NCBI RefSeq assembly: GCF_018350175.1
Contig: NC_058368.1
Location: 230,580,001 to 230,644,000 of the forward strand
Direction: 5' to 3'
Origin: Felis catus
Taxonomy: Eukaryota
DNA length: 64,000 nucleotides
The translations under genes were made by a program, and so were the position numbers. How positions within the stretch are numbered: the stretch's first letter is position 1; every line of letters begins with the position of its first letter. Positions 12,753 to 26,072 of this stretch are shown piece after piece. Below the pieces are notes generated by a model that did not search any database, was not told the DNA's origin, and worked only from the letters and a program-made list of their open reading frames with translations.

Positions 12753-13141
12753 AGCCAAGAGTATGTGGGATTTTATTTAACTCTTAAAGTTAGAAATTTA
12801 AAGAATTATAAAAATCAAAAATTCATCTTCATTCTCTCAAGCCTAATTATCATGGCCCAAAGGAAACCATTACAAGGCTGCTGGGGACATCTGTCAGTCG
12901 TTGATTTCATTAGGAGAGTAAAGGACATGTTTTTTGTTGTTGAATTGAGGAAGGAAAATTTAAGACTTTTTTTTTCTGCAAAAGCTGTCCACTTTTTGTA
13001 TTTATTTATTCATTTAATTTTCTTGAAGTATAAAAGACTAGATTTCTGATTATAGTGCCCCTGAAGTTCTAAAGTCATTTTATTGTTTCCTATTCCTACT
13101 GACCTTGTTCCCCACCCTGCCTTGTAGTCTCTCTGTCTCTC

Positions 13142-14036
13142 TTTTTTTTTTAATTCTCAAGCTAGTTAACATACAATGTAGTCTGGCTTCTGGAGTAGAG
13201 TCCCATGGTTCATCACTTACACATAACACCCAGTACTCATCCCAACAAGTGTCCTCCTCAGTGCCCATACCCCATGTTCCCCACCCCCATTAACCCTCAG
13301 TTTGTTGTCTGTACTTAAGAGTCTCTTATGGTTTGCCTCTCTCTCTGTTTTTATCTTATTTTTCCTCCCCTTCCCCTATGTTCATCTGTGAAGTATCTCA
13401 AATGCCACATATGAGTGAAATCATATGGTGTCTGTCTTTCTCTGACTAATTTTGCTTAGCATAATACCCTCCAGTTCCATCCATGTTGTTGCAAATGGCA
13501 AGATTTCATTCTTCTTCATCACTGAGTAGTATTCCATTGTGTGTATACATACATCACATCTTCTTAATCTGTTCATCAGTTGATGGGCATTTGGTCTCTT
13601 TCCACAATTTGGCTATTGATAGTGCTGCTGTAACCAACGGGGTGCATGTGCCCCTTCAAATCAGCATTTTGTATCCTTTGGATAAATACCTAGTAGTGCA
13701 ATTGCTGGGTCATAGGGTGGTTCTGTTTTTAATTTTTGGAGGAACCTCTACACTGTTTTCCAGAAGGCCTGCACCAGTTTGCATTTCCAGCAACATTGCA
13801 ATAGGGTTCCGCTTGATCCACATCCTTGCCAACATCTGTTGTTTCCTGAGTTGTTCATTTTAGCCACTCTGACCAGCAGCACCCAGTTCTTACTTGACAT
13901 GTCTCGGGAGGCAAGGCAAATAAAAGCAAAAATGAACTATTAGGACCTTGTCAAGATAAAAAGTTTCTGCATAGCAAAGGAAACAATCAACAAAACTAAA
14001 AGGCAACTGGTGGAATGGGAAAAGATATTTGCAAAT
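13142..14036 (-). mobile_element. 5'-truncated and 5'-inverted carnivore L1
   Basis: 13142-13875 on the minus strand: ORF2 C-terminus (VRVAKMNNSGNNRCWQGCG..TLLQCCWKCKLVQ), 3'UTR and poly-A. ~13876-14036 on the plus strand: upstream ORF2 piece (KAKMNY*DLVKIKSFCIAKETINKTKRQLVEWEKIFAN). Confidence 0.92.
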
Positions 14037-14298
14037 TCCTGGTAATCTCCTTAACAGGAGTGTTGATCACACAGGGCCTGGAGGGGGTCTCTGTCACTTT
14101 GTTGATAGAATCAAGGACTTTGAATCATTGCTAGTAATTAGTAAGAGCCAGAGGTCTGTTAATTTATTTTTGCTTGTGAACTTTCTAGAAGGCATTTGGA
14201 CAACTGTTTTACCCCTCTCACACTTTTAAATTTAAAGTGTGGCCAAGGATATGGCTTTCTGTGTGATATTTAAAAAAAAAATGAAATTGACACATCCA

Positions 14299-14530
14299 GG
14301 GCACCCGGGTGGCTCAGTCAGTTAAGCATCTCACTTCGGCTCAGGTCAAGATTTCGTGGTCCATGGGTTCGAGCCCCACGTTGGGCTCTGTGCTGACAGC
14401 TCAGAGCCTGAAGCCTGCTTTGGATTCTGTGTCTCCCTCTCTCTCTCTTCCCCTCCCCCACTCATGTTCTGAATCTGTCTCTCTCAAATAATGAATAAAC
14501 ATTAAAAAAAAAATTTTTTAAAGAATTAAA
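14299..14530 (+). mobile_element. CAN-SINE
   Basis: Full body; flanking repeat gacacatcc on both sides. Confidence 0.94.
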
Positions 14531-15157
14531 TAAGACACATCCCTCTTTTAAATAAAGCTGAGAAATCTGATAACCATAGTAGTTTAATGTCCAGCATTAT
14601 CCTTTTTAATAATATATGAGCAGGTTTCTCATTAATGTTAGAACTTGTACATAATTCCTTTACTCTTTAAACATGTGACCGTTCCTCATTCCTTAACAAT
14701 TTTACCCTGATTGATGTATTTTCTGCTTAAAAGTCTCACTGATCATTCTTTCAGCAAACAAGACGTACACATATTAAAAAGTGTTTTGTTTGTATTTTTA
14801 TGGTATTCGGTTTTAAATTAAAATTGCCGTATGGATTAAGTTATTATTCTAGTTAGTAGCAGGGTACAATTGATCAAAATAAATAATTAATCAAATAAAT
14901 CTTGATTAAAAATTTTAAATATAACAAGTAAAATTGTATTGGAAATTTATTCGTTAGATGAATGAGCCCTTTTATCCCAATCAATTCATAGAATCAAAAA
15001 TGAATATTACTTATTTCTTGAATGAACAGGGTTCAGTATCAATCATTTCTCAATTCTTTATAGATTTAAATACTGAGAAACATCATTCATATATAAGGCA
15101 GAGGGAATAGAAGATATTATATATTTCAAAAATCTCATCGGGATCCATCATCAGTAG

Positions 15158-15358
15158 TTTTTAATGTTTATTTGTTTTTGAGTGAGAGAGCACGCGTCAG
15201 CAGGGGAGGGGCAGAGAGAGAGAAGACAGGATCCCAAGCAGGCTCTGCACTGACGGCAGAGGGCCCAGGGTGGGGCTCTGACTCACAAACTGTGAGATCA
15301 TGACTGAGCCAAGAATCAAGAGTCAGACACTTAGCTGACTGAGGTACCCAGGTGCCCC
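15158..15358 (-). mobile_element. CAN-SINE
   Basis: Full body ending gaggtacccaggtgcccc. Confidence 0.93.
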
Positions 15359-16264
15359 TGTTTTTAATCATCTATCAAATGACAACTTGATTAGGTTCTC
15401 CTTTAATGTTGGAGACAGCAAGGAATTGGAAAAAAGATGAACTGCCCATCATTATTCTTGTTTCCTTCTCAACTCAGACACTAACACTTTGCTGAGACCC
15501 TTGATTTGGACTCTGGAAATGTTGGCCATTCTGGCAGAGGGAGGAACTAGACTCAGTTTTGTTCATTGAGAGAAAGGAGGCTATGAACGTGTGCATGGGT
15601 GTGCTTTCAAGCAGATTGGTTTTGTAAGAGGGCATAAGGAAGCCAGGGAGCTGAAAATGATTTCCCTGAAAACTCCAAATGATGCATCCCCTTGAAAACT
15701 CTTCATGAAACCACAGGGCACATGGGGGCCCAGTTTGGAGACCAGTGCCCCTGACGGAACTCTAGCTCTGACCTTCACATTGTTCTCGAATGACCAAGGG
15801 TTGATGTTAGAAGGATGCACTTCGTGTTGGGTGAGTTGTGTTTCCACAAGCCATTTCTACACGGGCCAGTTTTGAGCCAAAGTTCCCCAGAGAGAGCTTA
15901 CCACATTGAGAAGAGCAGCCAACTGTGTGCTGAGAAACACCAGCCAAGATTTAAGGATTGCATTTGAAGCTAATTAAGACTACAGTACAAATTTTATGCT
16001 AGACCATAATTTCTTATCTACATATAAAGTATCATTATTGGGACAATGAGTAGAGTATTTAAAACTTCCTGGGGACTAATTAATGTAAAGAAGTCCAGCT
16101 TTCAGACCGGAAGCTTCACAATTCAGTTCCCATACCATAAAAAGCTAATGTGATTGTTTAATACAGTTTCCAAGATATTGAAATAAGAAATAGCTGGGTA
16201 TTTCAAGAGGTTAGCATAATTTTCTCCTTGTGTATTGACTTCCAAGTGTAGAATTAATTTATCT

Positions 16265-17170
16265 CCATATTCATTCATTTGACCAATGAAGGAATGCCTT
16301 CTTGAATGCCTACTATGTGCCAATAGCAGTAGACCATCAAAGTTCCTGCTTCATGGCTCTTGTGGTCTAGGGGTGGAAACAGTTTCAAAAAGAAGCTAAC
16401 ATTATTTATTTTCTGCTCTGCAATGTGAATAAACTAGTCCAAGGGATTGGAGTGTGAGGTAAGAAGGAGAATGTTGAATGTGGTAGTCAGGATGGTCCCA
16501 ACCAGGGGGTCACATCTGAGCAACTCCTGCTCCTGCGTGATGGACAAAAGCCAGCCATTAAGCCATTTGGAGAAAGAGCTTTCTGGGCAAAAGGACCAGC
16601 AACAGCAAAAACCCTGGTGCAGGAGGGGAGCTTGGAATACGGTAGAAACAATGGTAAGGTCAATGTTGTTGCAGCCGGTAAATGAGACAGGAAAGGTCAG
16701 AGAGGATGGTGAGTGAGAAATCCCTCTAAGCCTGGATACTCTGAAGGTTTTGGCGAGGGATCACATGGTGGGATTTGCATTAAAGCCCTCTCTGGCTGCT
16801 GGTTGGAGACTAGACTGTAGGAACTCAGGAAGGCCAGTGAAGGTTTGACCTGGCTAGTCTGGAAAGGAGATCCTGCTGTACTGCACCAGAGCATAGCAGA
16901 GGGGTAGGAAAAGAATTTTCAAGGCAGAGCCAGTAGGAATTGTTGATGGATGGAGCACAAAATAGGAATAATAATAAATAGGAAAAGGACAGAGATCAGC
17001 TGGTAGAATTAGGAGTTTGGTTTTGGACTGAAAGTTTGAAATGTCTCTTAGACATGAGAGGGAGATGCCTCATAGGGAGTTGGAAATACATGTTTGAAGC
17101 TCAGGACTGGTAACATTAATTGGTGCATCATCAGTGAAAAAAAAAATATGTTTAAAGTCATGGTCCAATT
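16265..17170 (-). mobile_element. LINE-2 fragment
   Basis: Begins cattcatttgaccaa...gaatgcctactatgtgcca (reverse-complement L2 tail), then purine-rich L2 text (ggagtttggttttggac, gggagttggaaataca). Confidence 0.75.
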
Positions 17171-19173
17171 ATTTTAATTCTCTAAATACAGAAACAGCTA
17201 CAGGAAGCCTCATCTTAAAATAAAATGCCTAGCCACAGGTAGACAAGCATTTCTTGGCTCATTAACCAAAGATAGGTTTCTTACATAATTTTCTTCTTTT
17301 TTCTTCTCTTTGAATAAAGCAGACAAGAGATAATGTTCTTTCTTTGCATGAGTGCAACTGGAAAATATAAAACCACATATGTTCAAATGATTTTAGAATT
17401 ATCTGTAGATCATATTGTGAAGCACTTTTAGGTTTGTGTTACTTGTTGAAGCACTGTGAATAGCCGATTATTCCTATACTACAGTGGACGCCTTTTAATC
17501 ATGCCTTTTAATCTACCCCAGGGAAAGATATAGGGGTGGGGGTGGGGAGAGGGTCAACCAGTTCTGACTGATGAGCACTCTGGATTTCCATCCACTGGTC
17601 TAGACTCTCTTATTGGGTATTATTTGTTTTACTTTTATTTCCTAAGGCTCATTATTCCACATGGTCATATTTTACTACTGACATTTTCATCTTTCTAGTA
17701 ATTTGTGTGTGTGTGGAGTCATCCCTTGTTATAGTGCTTCTGGGAATTGATGAATCCCTGTGAACAGGACAGCATACCCAGCCATTCTGTCTTGTTCGGG
17801 GTTCCTTGTGGCAGAAATTGTTTCAGAGGGCCTGTAAGCTATTTTTCTGAGGAATATATTATAACTGAAATGCTGCTAGTATGTTTATAAATTCAGCAGG
17901 GGTAGCTATGTCCCCTTGACACCACTCGTACAATGCTGTGGTAGTCAACTTATCTTCCATTTTTCAGCTGTGTGCAGGTCTTGGCAGGAAACTTTGTCAA
18001 ACATTTACAAGTGACAATAGCCTGTGGTGAGGCGAATGTTTCCAGGAGATACAAATCTAATTGATAGAAGACCATTAGAGACACCTTGTACTCAAACACG
18101 CCTTATTTTGCAGGAAAAAATAGTTTGCTTCCTTCTTCTTTTTCAATTTTAGGTAAGCCTCCACAAAATTACCATTTCATTTCTATTGCTGTATGTGGAT
18201 ATAGATACACACAGGTGTAGATACAGATATTGGGTGCAGACAGTTTCTGTGATACTCTTTCTTATAACTTGAATGCTTTTTTTCACGTATTTGAATTTCG
18301 GTTGGCTATGGGTGAATGATTTTCTTAATCTCCTATGTAACTGGATCTTTGTATGCGACCAGAGTTGTTATAAGCAAATGTGACTTTTGGCCCAAGACGT
18401 TTTTAGAGATGTATGTGACTCATGTGAACTGGAAAATAGTGGTGGCTCTGACTTCATATTCCCAACAGACTGTTCATGTTTTTTCAGTCACGACCAAGAC
18501 CCAGGTTCGTAGTGTTGATGGTCCATACAATCCAGCCCATTAAACAATCAGTATTCCCCCTGCACGCTTCCTGCTTCCTCTAGTTTTCTGGATGCTTCAT
18601 CGGTGAAGACTCTTTTTGGTTCTGGTAGCCTAGGATGTCAGCTTGGAACAGCTATCCCTATACATAGAGGCATGAGCTGGAAGAAGAATGTGGGCAGTGG
18701 CACACAATTTTTTAGAATGCAGATTAAAAGATAGGCATTGTTATATAAATAGACCTATGTCACAGCAATATAACACAAGGCAGGGATTCCACACATAGAG
18801 ATTAAGTGGAAAATGCTCAGCATGAAATTACCTTCAGAAAATTCAGAATGATACATGTCCTGACCTGACCTCAAAGCCCCTGGGTCTGAGTCTCCAGCAT
18901 GGAGCCTGAACATCTTTCTCTGTGTTTTCCTTGCTCCACGGGCAGTGCTGATACCCAATCGAGGTTGACCATCGTGTATGTTGTGTTGTGCTAATTCTTA
19001 CTAGGTCAGACATTTCTCCTTATGAACATGCACTGCCCTTTTCGCTCTTACTGGGCTACTTCTTACTGAGCTCTGAATTATTATTTACAGAAGGTATTAG
19101 CACCTTAAAAAGACTCAAGTCAAGTACCATTAAGGTTGTGCAATGAACCCATGAATTTAAAATACACACACAT

Positions 19174-19392
19174 GGGATGCCCGGGAGGCTCAGTCAGTTG
19201 AGCATCTGACTTCAGCTGAGGTCATGTTCTCACAGTTTGTGGGTTGAAGCCCCGCATCCTGCTCTGTGCTTTCAGGGAGGAGCCCACTTTGGATCTTCTC
19301 TCCCCTGTTCTCTCTGCCCTTCCCCTGCTTATGGTCTCTCTTCCTCTCCCTCTCTCTCAAAAATAAATAAATATTAAAAAGCAATAATAATA
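19174..19392 (+). mobile_element. CAN-SINE (older; its tail is interrupted by a second SINE)
   Basis: Outer TSD taaaataYacacaca at 19158-19172 and 19619-19633. Confidence 0.92.
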
Positions 19393-19590
19393 GGAGCACC
19401 TGGGTGGCTCAGCCAGTTAAATGTCTGACTCTTAACCTCAGCTCAGGTCGTGATGTCATGGTTCTTGAGTTTGAGCCCTGCATAGGGCTTTGTGCTGATT
19501 TGTGGCACCTGCTCGGGATTCTTGCTCTCCCTCTCTCTGCCCCTCCCCCATGGTCTCTCTCTCAAAATAAATAAATAAACTTAAATTATA
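19393..19590 (+). mobile_element. CAN-SINE inserted in the tail of the previous SINE
   Basis: Full body; flanked by caataataa / caataatga; followed by (GAT)n. Confidence 0.92.
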
Positions 19591-20468
19591 ACAATAATGA
19601 TGATGATGATGATGGTGATAAAATATACACACAATTTGGAGGGGAAATTATGTCATTTTGAAATAAGTTAGGTGAACTGTACCAGTTAATGTATAATGCA
19701 TTATACATTAACATAGGAGTAAAACTAAAATTTTGCCTGGATGTATTTAAATGTATTTATTCGATCTCATTTGTCAATATTTCTTTAGCAATACTCTAAG
19801 CTAATACGCTCTGTGAACATTAACCGAGTGATCGCCATATTCAAGGCTAGGGGCTGTGATTCTGTGACAGGTGTTTATTCACATTCTCAAAAGGAGACTC
19901 ACTAATAGTATTGAGATGTGACGGTCTTGTTCTCAGAAATGAAAGCCATCGTTCACACATCTCATTTGAATTCAGACATAGCGGGAGGCCCCCATGGCTC
20001 ACCTCCATTGCCCAGGGTCCCAGCATGAAACTTGGTCCTTCTGGGTGTGGCCATCTAAGATCCCACACCACCACCGTGTGGCTCTGACCACAGAGCCTGC
20101 TTCTGTCTGCAGCCAGGAAACCTGCCCAAACTGATGCGGTGCTACATGTTGACTCCCCTGTCTGCACCACATGCAGATATCCCGCCATGAGCAAGCCTGT
20201 CTAGCCACGTGGCTTGTGGCCCACCCCACCCCCCACGCCCAGTGCACTTCCTGCCACACATCGCTGTCCACCACAAGCTCACGTGGAGGCCAACCGCGGC
20301 AGGCCAGTTTCTCCTCTGCTCTTCCCTCCATGTGGTTTCTCTCCCTAAAGCCAAAGACCACCTGCTGTGGGACCACCAAGCACGGCTTACCTCTACAACC
20401 ACCCAGTGCCAGCTACTTGGAGCCATGCAGGCCCAGCTTCTGGCTTCAGATGGTCAAGAGGAAACCTT

Positions 20469-20919
20469 TGTCAACCAACTAAGGCCCCTACAGTGATGGG
20501 GGCGGGGGGCAGGCAGGAGTGGTGGCGAGTTCATTGACAATAGACAAGCTAACGGGAGAAAAGACAAAAGTTTCTTCACACGCGTGTGGGAGACTCAGTA
20601 CTCTGAGTACGTCACTGAACAGCTGGGAGTTATGGTTTGTGGGGAGAGTGGAGGAGGACAGGACTTCTAGGGGACACAAGTGGAGGGTACGGTGGCTTCT
20701 ATAAAGTTTATTTATGCAATTCCTCATCCCAGTGCTAAAAGTCAGGCGCCTTCGTGGCTGGAAGCTTCCCAGAAAGAGGATTTATGGCGTCTTCCTTCTC
20801 AGAAAGCTCTGCCTTTAGTCAGATAAGAGAAGCTCAGAAAAGGCTTCTTTCTATATCCACCGTATTTCAGATGTCTCCAGTTTAAAGTAATCTTTATGTC
20901 ATTCTGTTGGGTCCCTTCA
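20469..20919 (-). mobile_element. MER34-like ERV1 solo LTR
   Basis: Minus strand begins TGAAGGGACCCAACAGAATGACATAAAGATTACTTTAAACTG, resembling the MER34 5' end; left boundary approximate. Confidence 0.65.
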
Positions 20920-21708
20920 AGATCTCGGGAGTATCTGTTCAGCCTTACTTATGGCTACCGTTCCAATGTCCTTAACTTCATTTTCCCAGACCTTCTTACA
21001 CTTTTCATTCCTCAGTCCATGGTGTAAAAGAAATGGTGTAAAAGAAATGATTTAGGTCTTGCCAGACCTCAAGCTAGCACTCACACGACAGGTAGAAAAT
21101 AGGACCCTTGGCGCTGCTGGGCCTTGGCCAGGCAAATAGCTGTCTCGGAGCCCTTGCATCGTTCTGAGGAAGCCTGTCGAGGCTCTCGGTCTGCTGTTTA
21201 ACCTTAGAGAGTATACTAAACGTAAGAATCTAGAACCAAACAGGCGATGTTGGAGGATGAAAACGTAACGACTCTTCCTATTCACGTAAACAGAGAAGTG
21301 TCTGGGACAGCTTCGTGTGGGGCAAACAGCCCTCCATAAGAACATGATTGTAAAGCAGAAAAGCAAATGACGCCCCCAACAGAAACCATGAGTCATCGAG
21401 AAAGTGTTAGATTGTGTTAACCATACCATCCAGCAAGCCTTCCACTTTCACACAGAAGGTTCTCTAAAGCTTCACTGAAAGCAGTGCCAGGCAAAAGGCA
21501 CGTGCGTTTTTTGAGGACAAGCTGGAGGTGATGTGTGGAGTGAGAGGCAAGGATTGGGACAGGCTGCAGGGTTGGGGGCTGAGGGTCGGCGCAGGCAGGT
21601 CCCAGTCACGAGGTGGGGTTCGTGGGCACTCGAGGGAAGTAATAAGAAGCATGTCTCTTACCCCCTCCCATGTTACCTCTGATATTCCTTTTAAAAGGCG
21701 TCTTTTTC

Positions 21709-21933
21709 GGGGCACCTGGGTGGTTCGGTCGGTTAAGCGTCGGACTTCAGCTCAGGTCACGATCTCACAGTTCGTGGGTTCTAGCTCCGTGTCCGGCTGT
21801 GTGCTGACAGCCCAGAGCCTGCTTCAGATTCTGTGTCTCCCTCTCCCTCTGCCCCTCCCCCAGTCATGCTCTGTCTCTGTCTCTCAAAAAAATGAATAAA
21901 CGTTGAAAAAAAATGTTTAATAAATAAATAAAA
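21709..21933 (+). mobile_element. CAN-SINE
   Basis: Full body; TSD taaaaggYgtctttttc at 21692-21708 and 21934-21950. Confidence 0.95.
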
Positions 21934-22024
21934 TAAAAGGTGTCTTTTTCCTGTGCTTATCTTTTATTTCTGGCTCAGGGACGAGTGGTGGAGTACATTT
22001 TCTAGCTTGAATCCCACGGGCAGA

Positions 22025-22160
22025 TTGTGTGCCTGTGCCTTTGTTTCTTCATGTTTGGAATGGAGATAATAATAGTGTTGACCTCTTCGGGCTGTCCTGA
22101 CAAATAAATGAAGACATACGGAGTGCTTAGAACAATGCTGGGAACATGGTGGCCCTCACT
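22025..22160 (+). mobile_element. MIR (core and 3' part)
   Basis: gtttcttcatgtttggaatggagataataatagt...gtgcttagaacaatgctgggaacatggt. Confidence 0.75.
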
Positions 22161-24754
22161 GCCTGGGCCTCGCTTCAATCTTAGGAACACTAAGTAGTTC
22201 TCGAAGTAGTTACTCACGTGGTTATGCGCCTTCATTGCTTTCTCTTGGTTCGGTGCAGGCTCCCAAGGAAAGGTTGTTCAGGGCCTCTGTTCTGTGAGAA
22301 AGAGACGAAAAACTTGCAGTGGGATGTTATCACACGGCTTACGGTGACGAGGCCTTTTTTCCAAAGCACGTTTTTCATTTTATTGTAGCACAAATCTTTG
22401 TTTACACAGACGCTTAATTTTTCCCAGTAAGAAATATATTCCTTTCACCAAGATTTTAGATCTGGGCGTCATATCTCTATCATTCCAAGGAGCCCCCCTG
22501 GTAAATTATGGAATAGTGAGAGAAAGCGTTGACGATAATGAGCTCTCTGCGAATCACACAAGGAGCTGGCATCCCAAGTACCTATAATTATATTTTCCTA
22601 CATGTGTGCAGACTTTGATTTTAAAAAAATATATATGGGGGGGGACGGCTCTGTTACTCCTTAAGTTTAAGAGGAAGAAACTGCCAAGAACTCTAGGCTT
22701 TAATTGCCCAAACAAGCTTGCTTGAAACAAATCCAGAAACGTGAACACAAAATAGAAGATTGAATACGTGACCTGGTACCTGTACACTTGTCAAGAGGCT
22801 CTGTATTTCCAGGTGACCGTGTCTGTCTTTGATACATCATTAATGCCACACTGTCTAAATGGCGCACGAGAAAAGAGCCATCTTATGGTGTCTTCAGTGA
22901 ACCATGAAACATCTCAGGTAAAAAGTACATTTTTAGGCAAATCCTTTGAGATGAGGAATCTGAGGAAGGATTTGAGTGCATTATCCAGTGTAGTTGAATT
23001 CTTTCTTTGGTATTAAATATGCTTTGCTTTATACCAAAGAGCTCAGCCTCTCCTTCCAGACATTGAAATTCATCCATTTCACTCATGGCACCATTTAAGT
23101 TGTGTTTTTTTTTTAATTTTTTGTTTTTCGTTTTTTTTTTTTTTTTCACTCTGGAACTTCTCTGATAAGCTCGCCTCCACTTACAAAACCATCAAAGCCT
23201 GGAAAGAAATTATTAGAAAGGAAGAAAGAAAAGCACCTTTAGTTTAAGCTTCAAATGAGACCAAGTTGATTAGTCATCTAAGATCAGGTGGCCCGGCGGT
23301 AAGCTTACAGCAAATCATGTCTATCGTCTTCTTCTTGCTCTGATTTCTCTTTTGAAACTTTGAGTAAACTGCCTGCATGCAATCATATCTTTAAGAGAGG
23401 CTGATTAAATCTAAAACTCAACTAGCTGGTGCCCTGTGTGAATCTTGTTTATTCTAAATAAGAAGATAAAAATCAACACAAGGGAAAAAGCAGCGTAGGC
23501 ACAGCACAAAAATAAGGCCCCCTTAATTAAAATATACAAACCTTATGTGTTACACGATAATTTTTCTGGCATATCTAATGAATGGCGGGCACAAAAGGCT
23601 TGTTGCCTCAAAGGCCCTTACCTACTTGTATTTCTGGATAGAAAAAGTTGTCCTCAAACATGTGTAATGCTGGCTCCCCAGGTATCAGCCACACAGCCTG
23701 TTGCTAAAACAAAGCTGAGTTTCCTGCACACCATGGTGAGAGGCGCTATCACTCAGTGGAGCTTTGCCAGTGCCTTAGAGGAGTAAGGTGACATCAGATC
23801 TTGTTAAGAATCTAAAGTTTGGGATAAGGTGCCAAGATTCTCTGACTGGTAGAACCAGGAATTCAGAGTGGCGACAAGAAGGCCTCTGTTGATGCTTTCA
23901 GTTGAAGACTTGATGGTTCTTTCCACAAGTCTTTGTGTTGAGCAACCAAGTTATTTACCTGGACAAGAACTTCTTAGAATGAATGGTAAGTGCGGTTCAT
24001 GAGGACGGTGAGATAGTTAAGTGGTGTTAATGAAGACAGTAGGCTGCTCTTGTCTCCTCCTTGTCCAATCCATGTGTAGGTGGGGACGGTGAGGGAAGAG
24101 CTGGAGGGAGAGGATTTCAGTTCTCCGTGGCCTGAAAAGAGACCTGTGTCTTGAGAATTGCTCTGTTTCGTAATGGATAGACAGCCAGATGCTGGGAACA
24201 AAGAAAGTCATGGGTAATGCAAAGCTATGATGGTCTAAATTCATTGGCATTTAACTTTAACAGCATTTAGGCTTCGGGGTCCCCACCTCTTGACCCACAA
24301 CTACCGTCTCTCAAATTGCCATGACGAGTAGGACAGGGGATCTCTGTTCTCAGAGAGTGGGCCATTCAGCTGGAGACCCATTTCAGCCCATTTCAAACCA
24401 CACACATATATCCATAGACTTTTCAGATAACAGCGCACACTTTGATGCTGTTGGCGTTCACAGAAGATAAACATAATGCAGTGACATTGCTTAGTCAATT
24501 AACAGCTTTACGTTCTGAAGAAACAGTAGTGAAAATGGAGTATTTTTAAGTGAAATTTATTTTGAAGTTTATTCTTCCTTTTGGAGGGACATAGTCTCCT
24601 CATGTCATTCCTGTTTGCCTTTTGAAGAAGTCCAAGATCAACAAAATCTCAGGCTATCAATCAATATCTGTTGAATGAACAGACAGTTGGTATTTAAGCT
24701 TTATATTCATAGAGAAGAGACATTACAGGATCTGTAGCTTTAAAAATCTATTTC

Positions 24755-24950
24755 TTCAATGTTTATTTCTTTTTGAGAGAGAGAGAGAGAGCATGAGCGA
24801 GGGAGGGATAAAGAGAGAGGGAGACAGAGAGTCCAAAGTGGGCTCTTAGCTGAGAGTGCAGAGCCTGACGTGGAGCTTGAACTCATGAATCACCAGATCA
24901 TGACTTGAGCAGAAGTTGAACGCTCAACCAGCTGAGCCACTCAGGTGCCC
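24755..24950 (-). mobile_element. CAN-SINE
   Basis: Full body; flanks aaatctatttct / aaatctgtttct. Confidence 0.93.
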
Positions 24951-25446
24951 ATAAATCTGTTTCTAAAAAAAAAACAGAGGGAAACGTCTCAGTTCTCATA
25001 AAGAGAATCTTTAGCAATTCTGATTTTCCAGTTATTAGAACATTTTCATATATTCTCCAAGCTTATTTATTAGTGTCAAATGTCTGTATTTTTCTCTCTC
25101 TCACTTCCTTTCTACTAGAATTAAGCATGCCAAAAGACGTTCCAAATGCACAGATTGAATAAGTGGCTCAGAATGTGGTTAAAGCCCCTGTGGGTCTGGG
25201 TTCTTGTCGATTCATCTTCCCTCTCTCCCAATATTTGTAAGATTAACTAGGGAATCCTCTATTTTTCACATGCTCGTTGCTCTGGCCAAACTGCAGTACA
25301 ACTGAGTCCTTGCCCCTCATCCAGAATTCTCTTAAATTTCAATTAGCTTTTCTATCTCTCTTCATGTTCTACTCTTCATGGGTGCCCACCGGTGCTCTTA
25401 GCCACTGGGCAGACATTGTGCTCTATCCTAGAGATGGTAACATTTT

Positions 25447-26072
25447 TATTAAAGAGCCTCCTTGGGACCCTTGGGAAGGAAGGTAACCGGCCAATCAAAA
25501 CAATGCACGTAAGAATTCACACATTCCGATGCTGGTGGTGACAGGGGGAAGTGGGAGGCATGGAAGTAAAGAGCAAGCAAATGGAAAAAGCAAAGGCTAT
25601 CTATTCTGAGCTTCCTATAGCAAGAGAAGCCACCGTCGCTCACTTGTATTTGGCCGAGACTCAAAGGCAGACAGCAGAGAGGAAAGCTTCAGAGTAGAGA
25701 AAAGGGAAGGATTCAGATGTGCCCTGATTGGTGGTTGGCATGGGGAAGTGGGAGGACCAATGAGAATTACGGCATCCTATGTGTTAGGGGTGTCTATTTG
25801 GCTTTCTCTGATTGGTCCAAAGTTGATCCCCAAGTCAAGGGTGCTGCTAGTTATTAATCAGGTACTGGCCATTGGGGCCAATTGTCACAGAAGTTATTGT
25901 TCAGCTAGGGATAGCAGTCTGGCTCCCTGCAAGTCTGACTTTCATCAGGCTGGCTTCTTGGGTTTACTGAAGATAAGGGGCCGGCTTCCTGGACAGGCTG
26001 CTGCAGGTTGTAGATCCAAGTTCTATTTTTGTACATGGCCTGGCCATTGTCTGTTCATATATTCAGTCTCTT
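25447..26072 (-). mobile_element. MER54/MER88-like ERVL solo LTR
   Basis: Right end ggcctggccattgtctgttcatatattcagtctct and repeated ctgattgg (CCAAT) boxes resemble this family; left end approximate. Confidence 0.6.
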
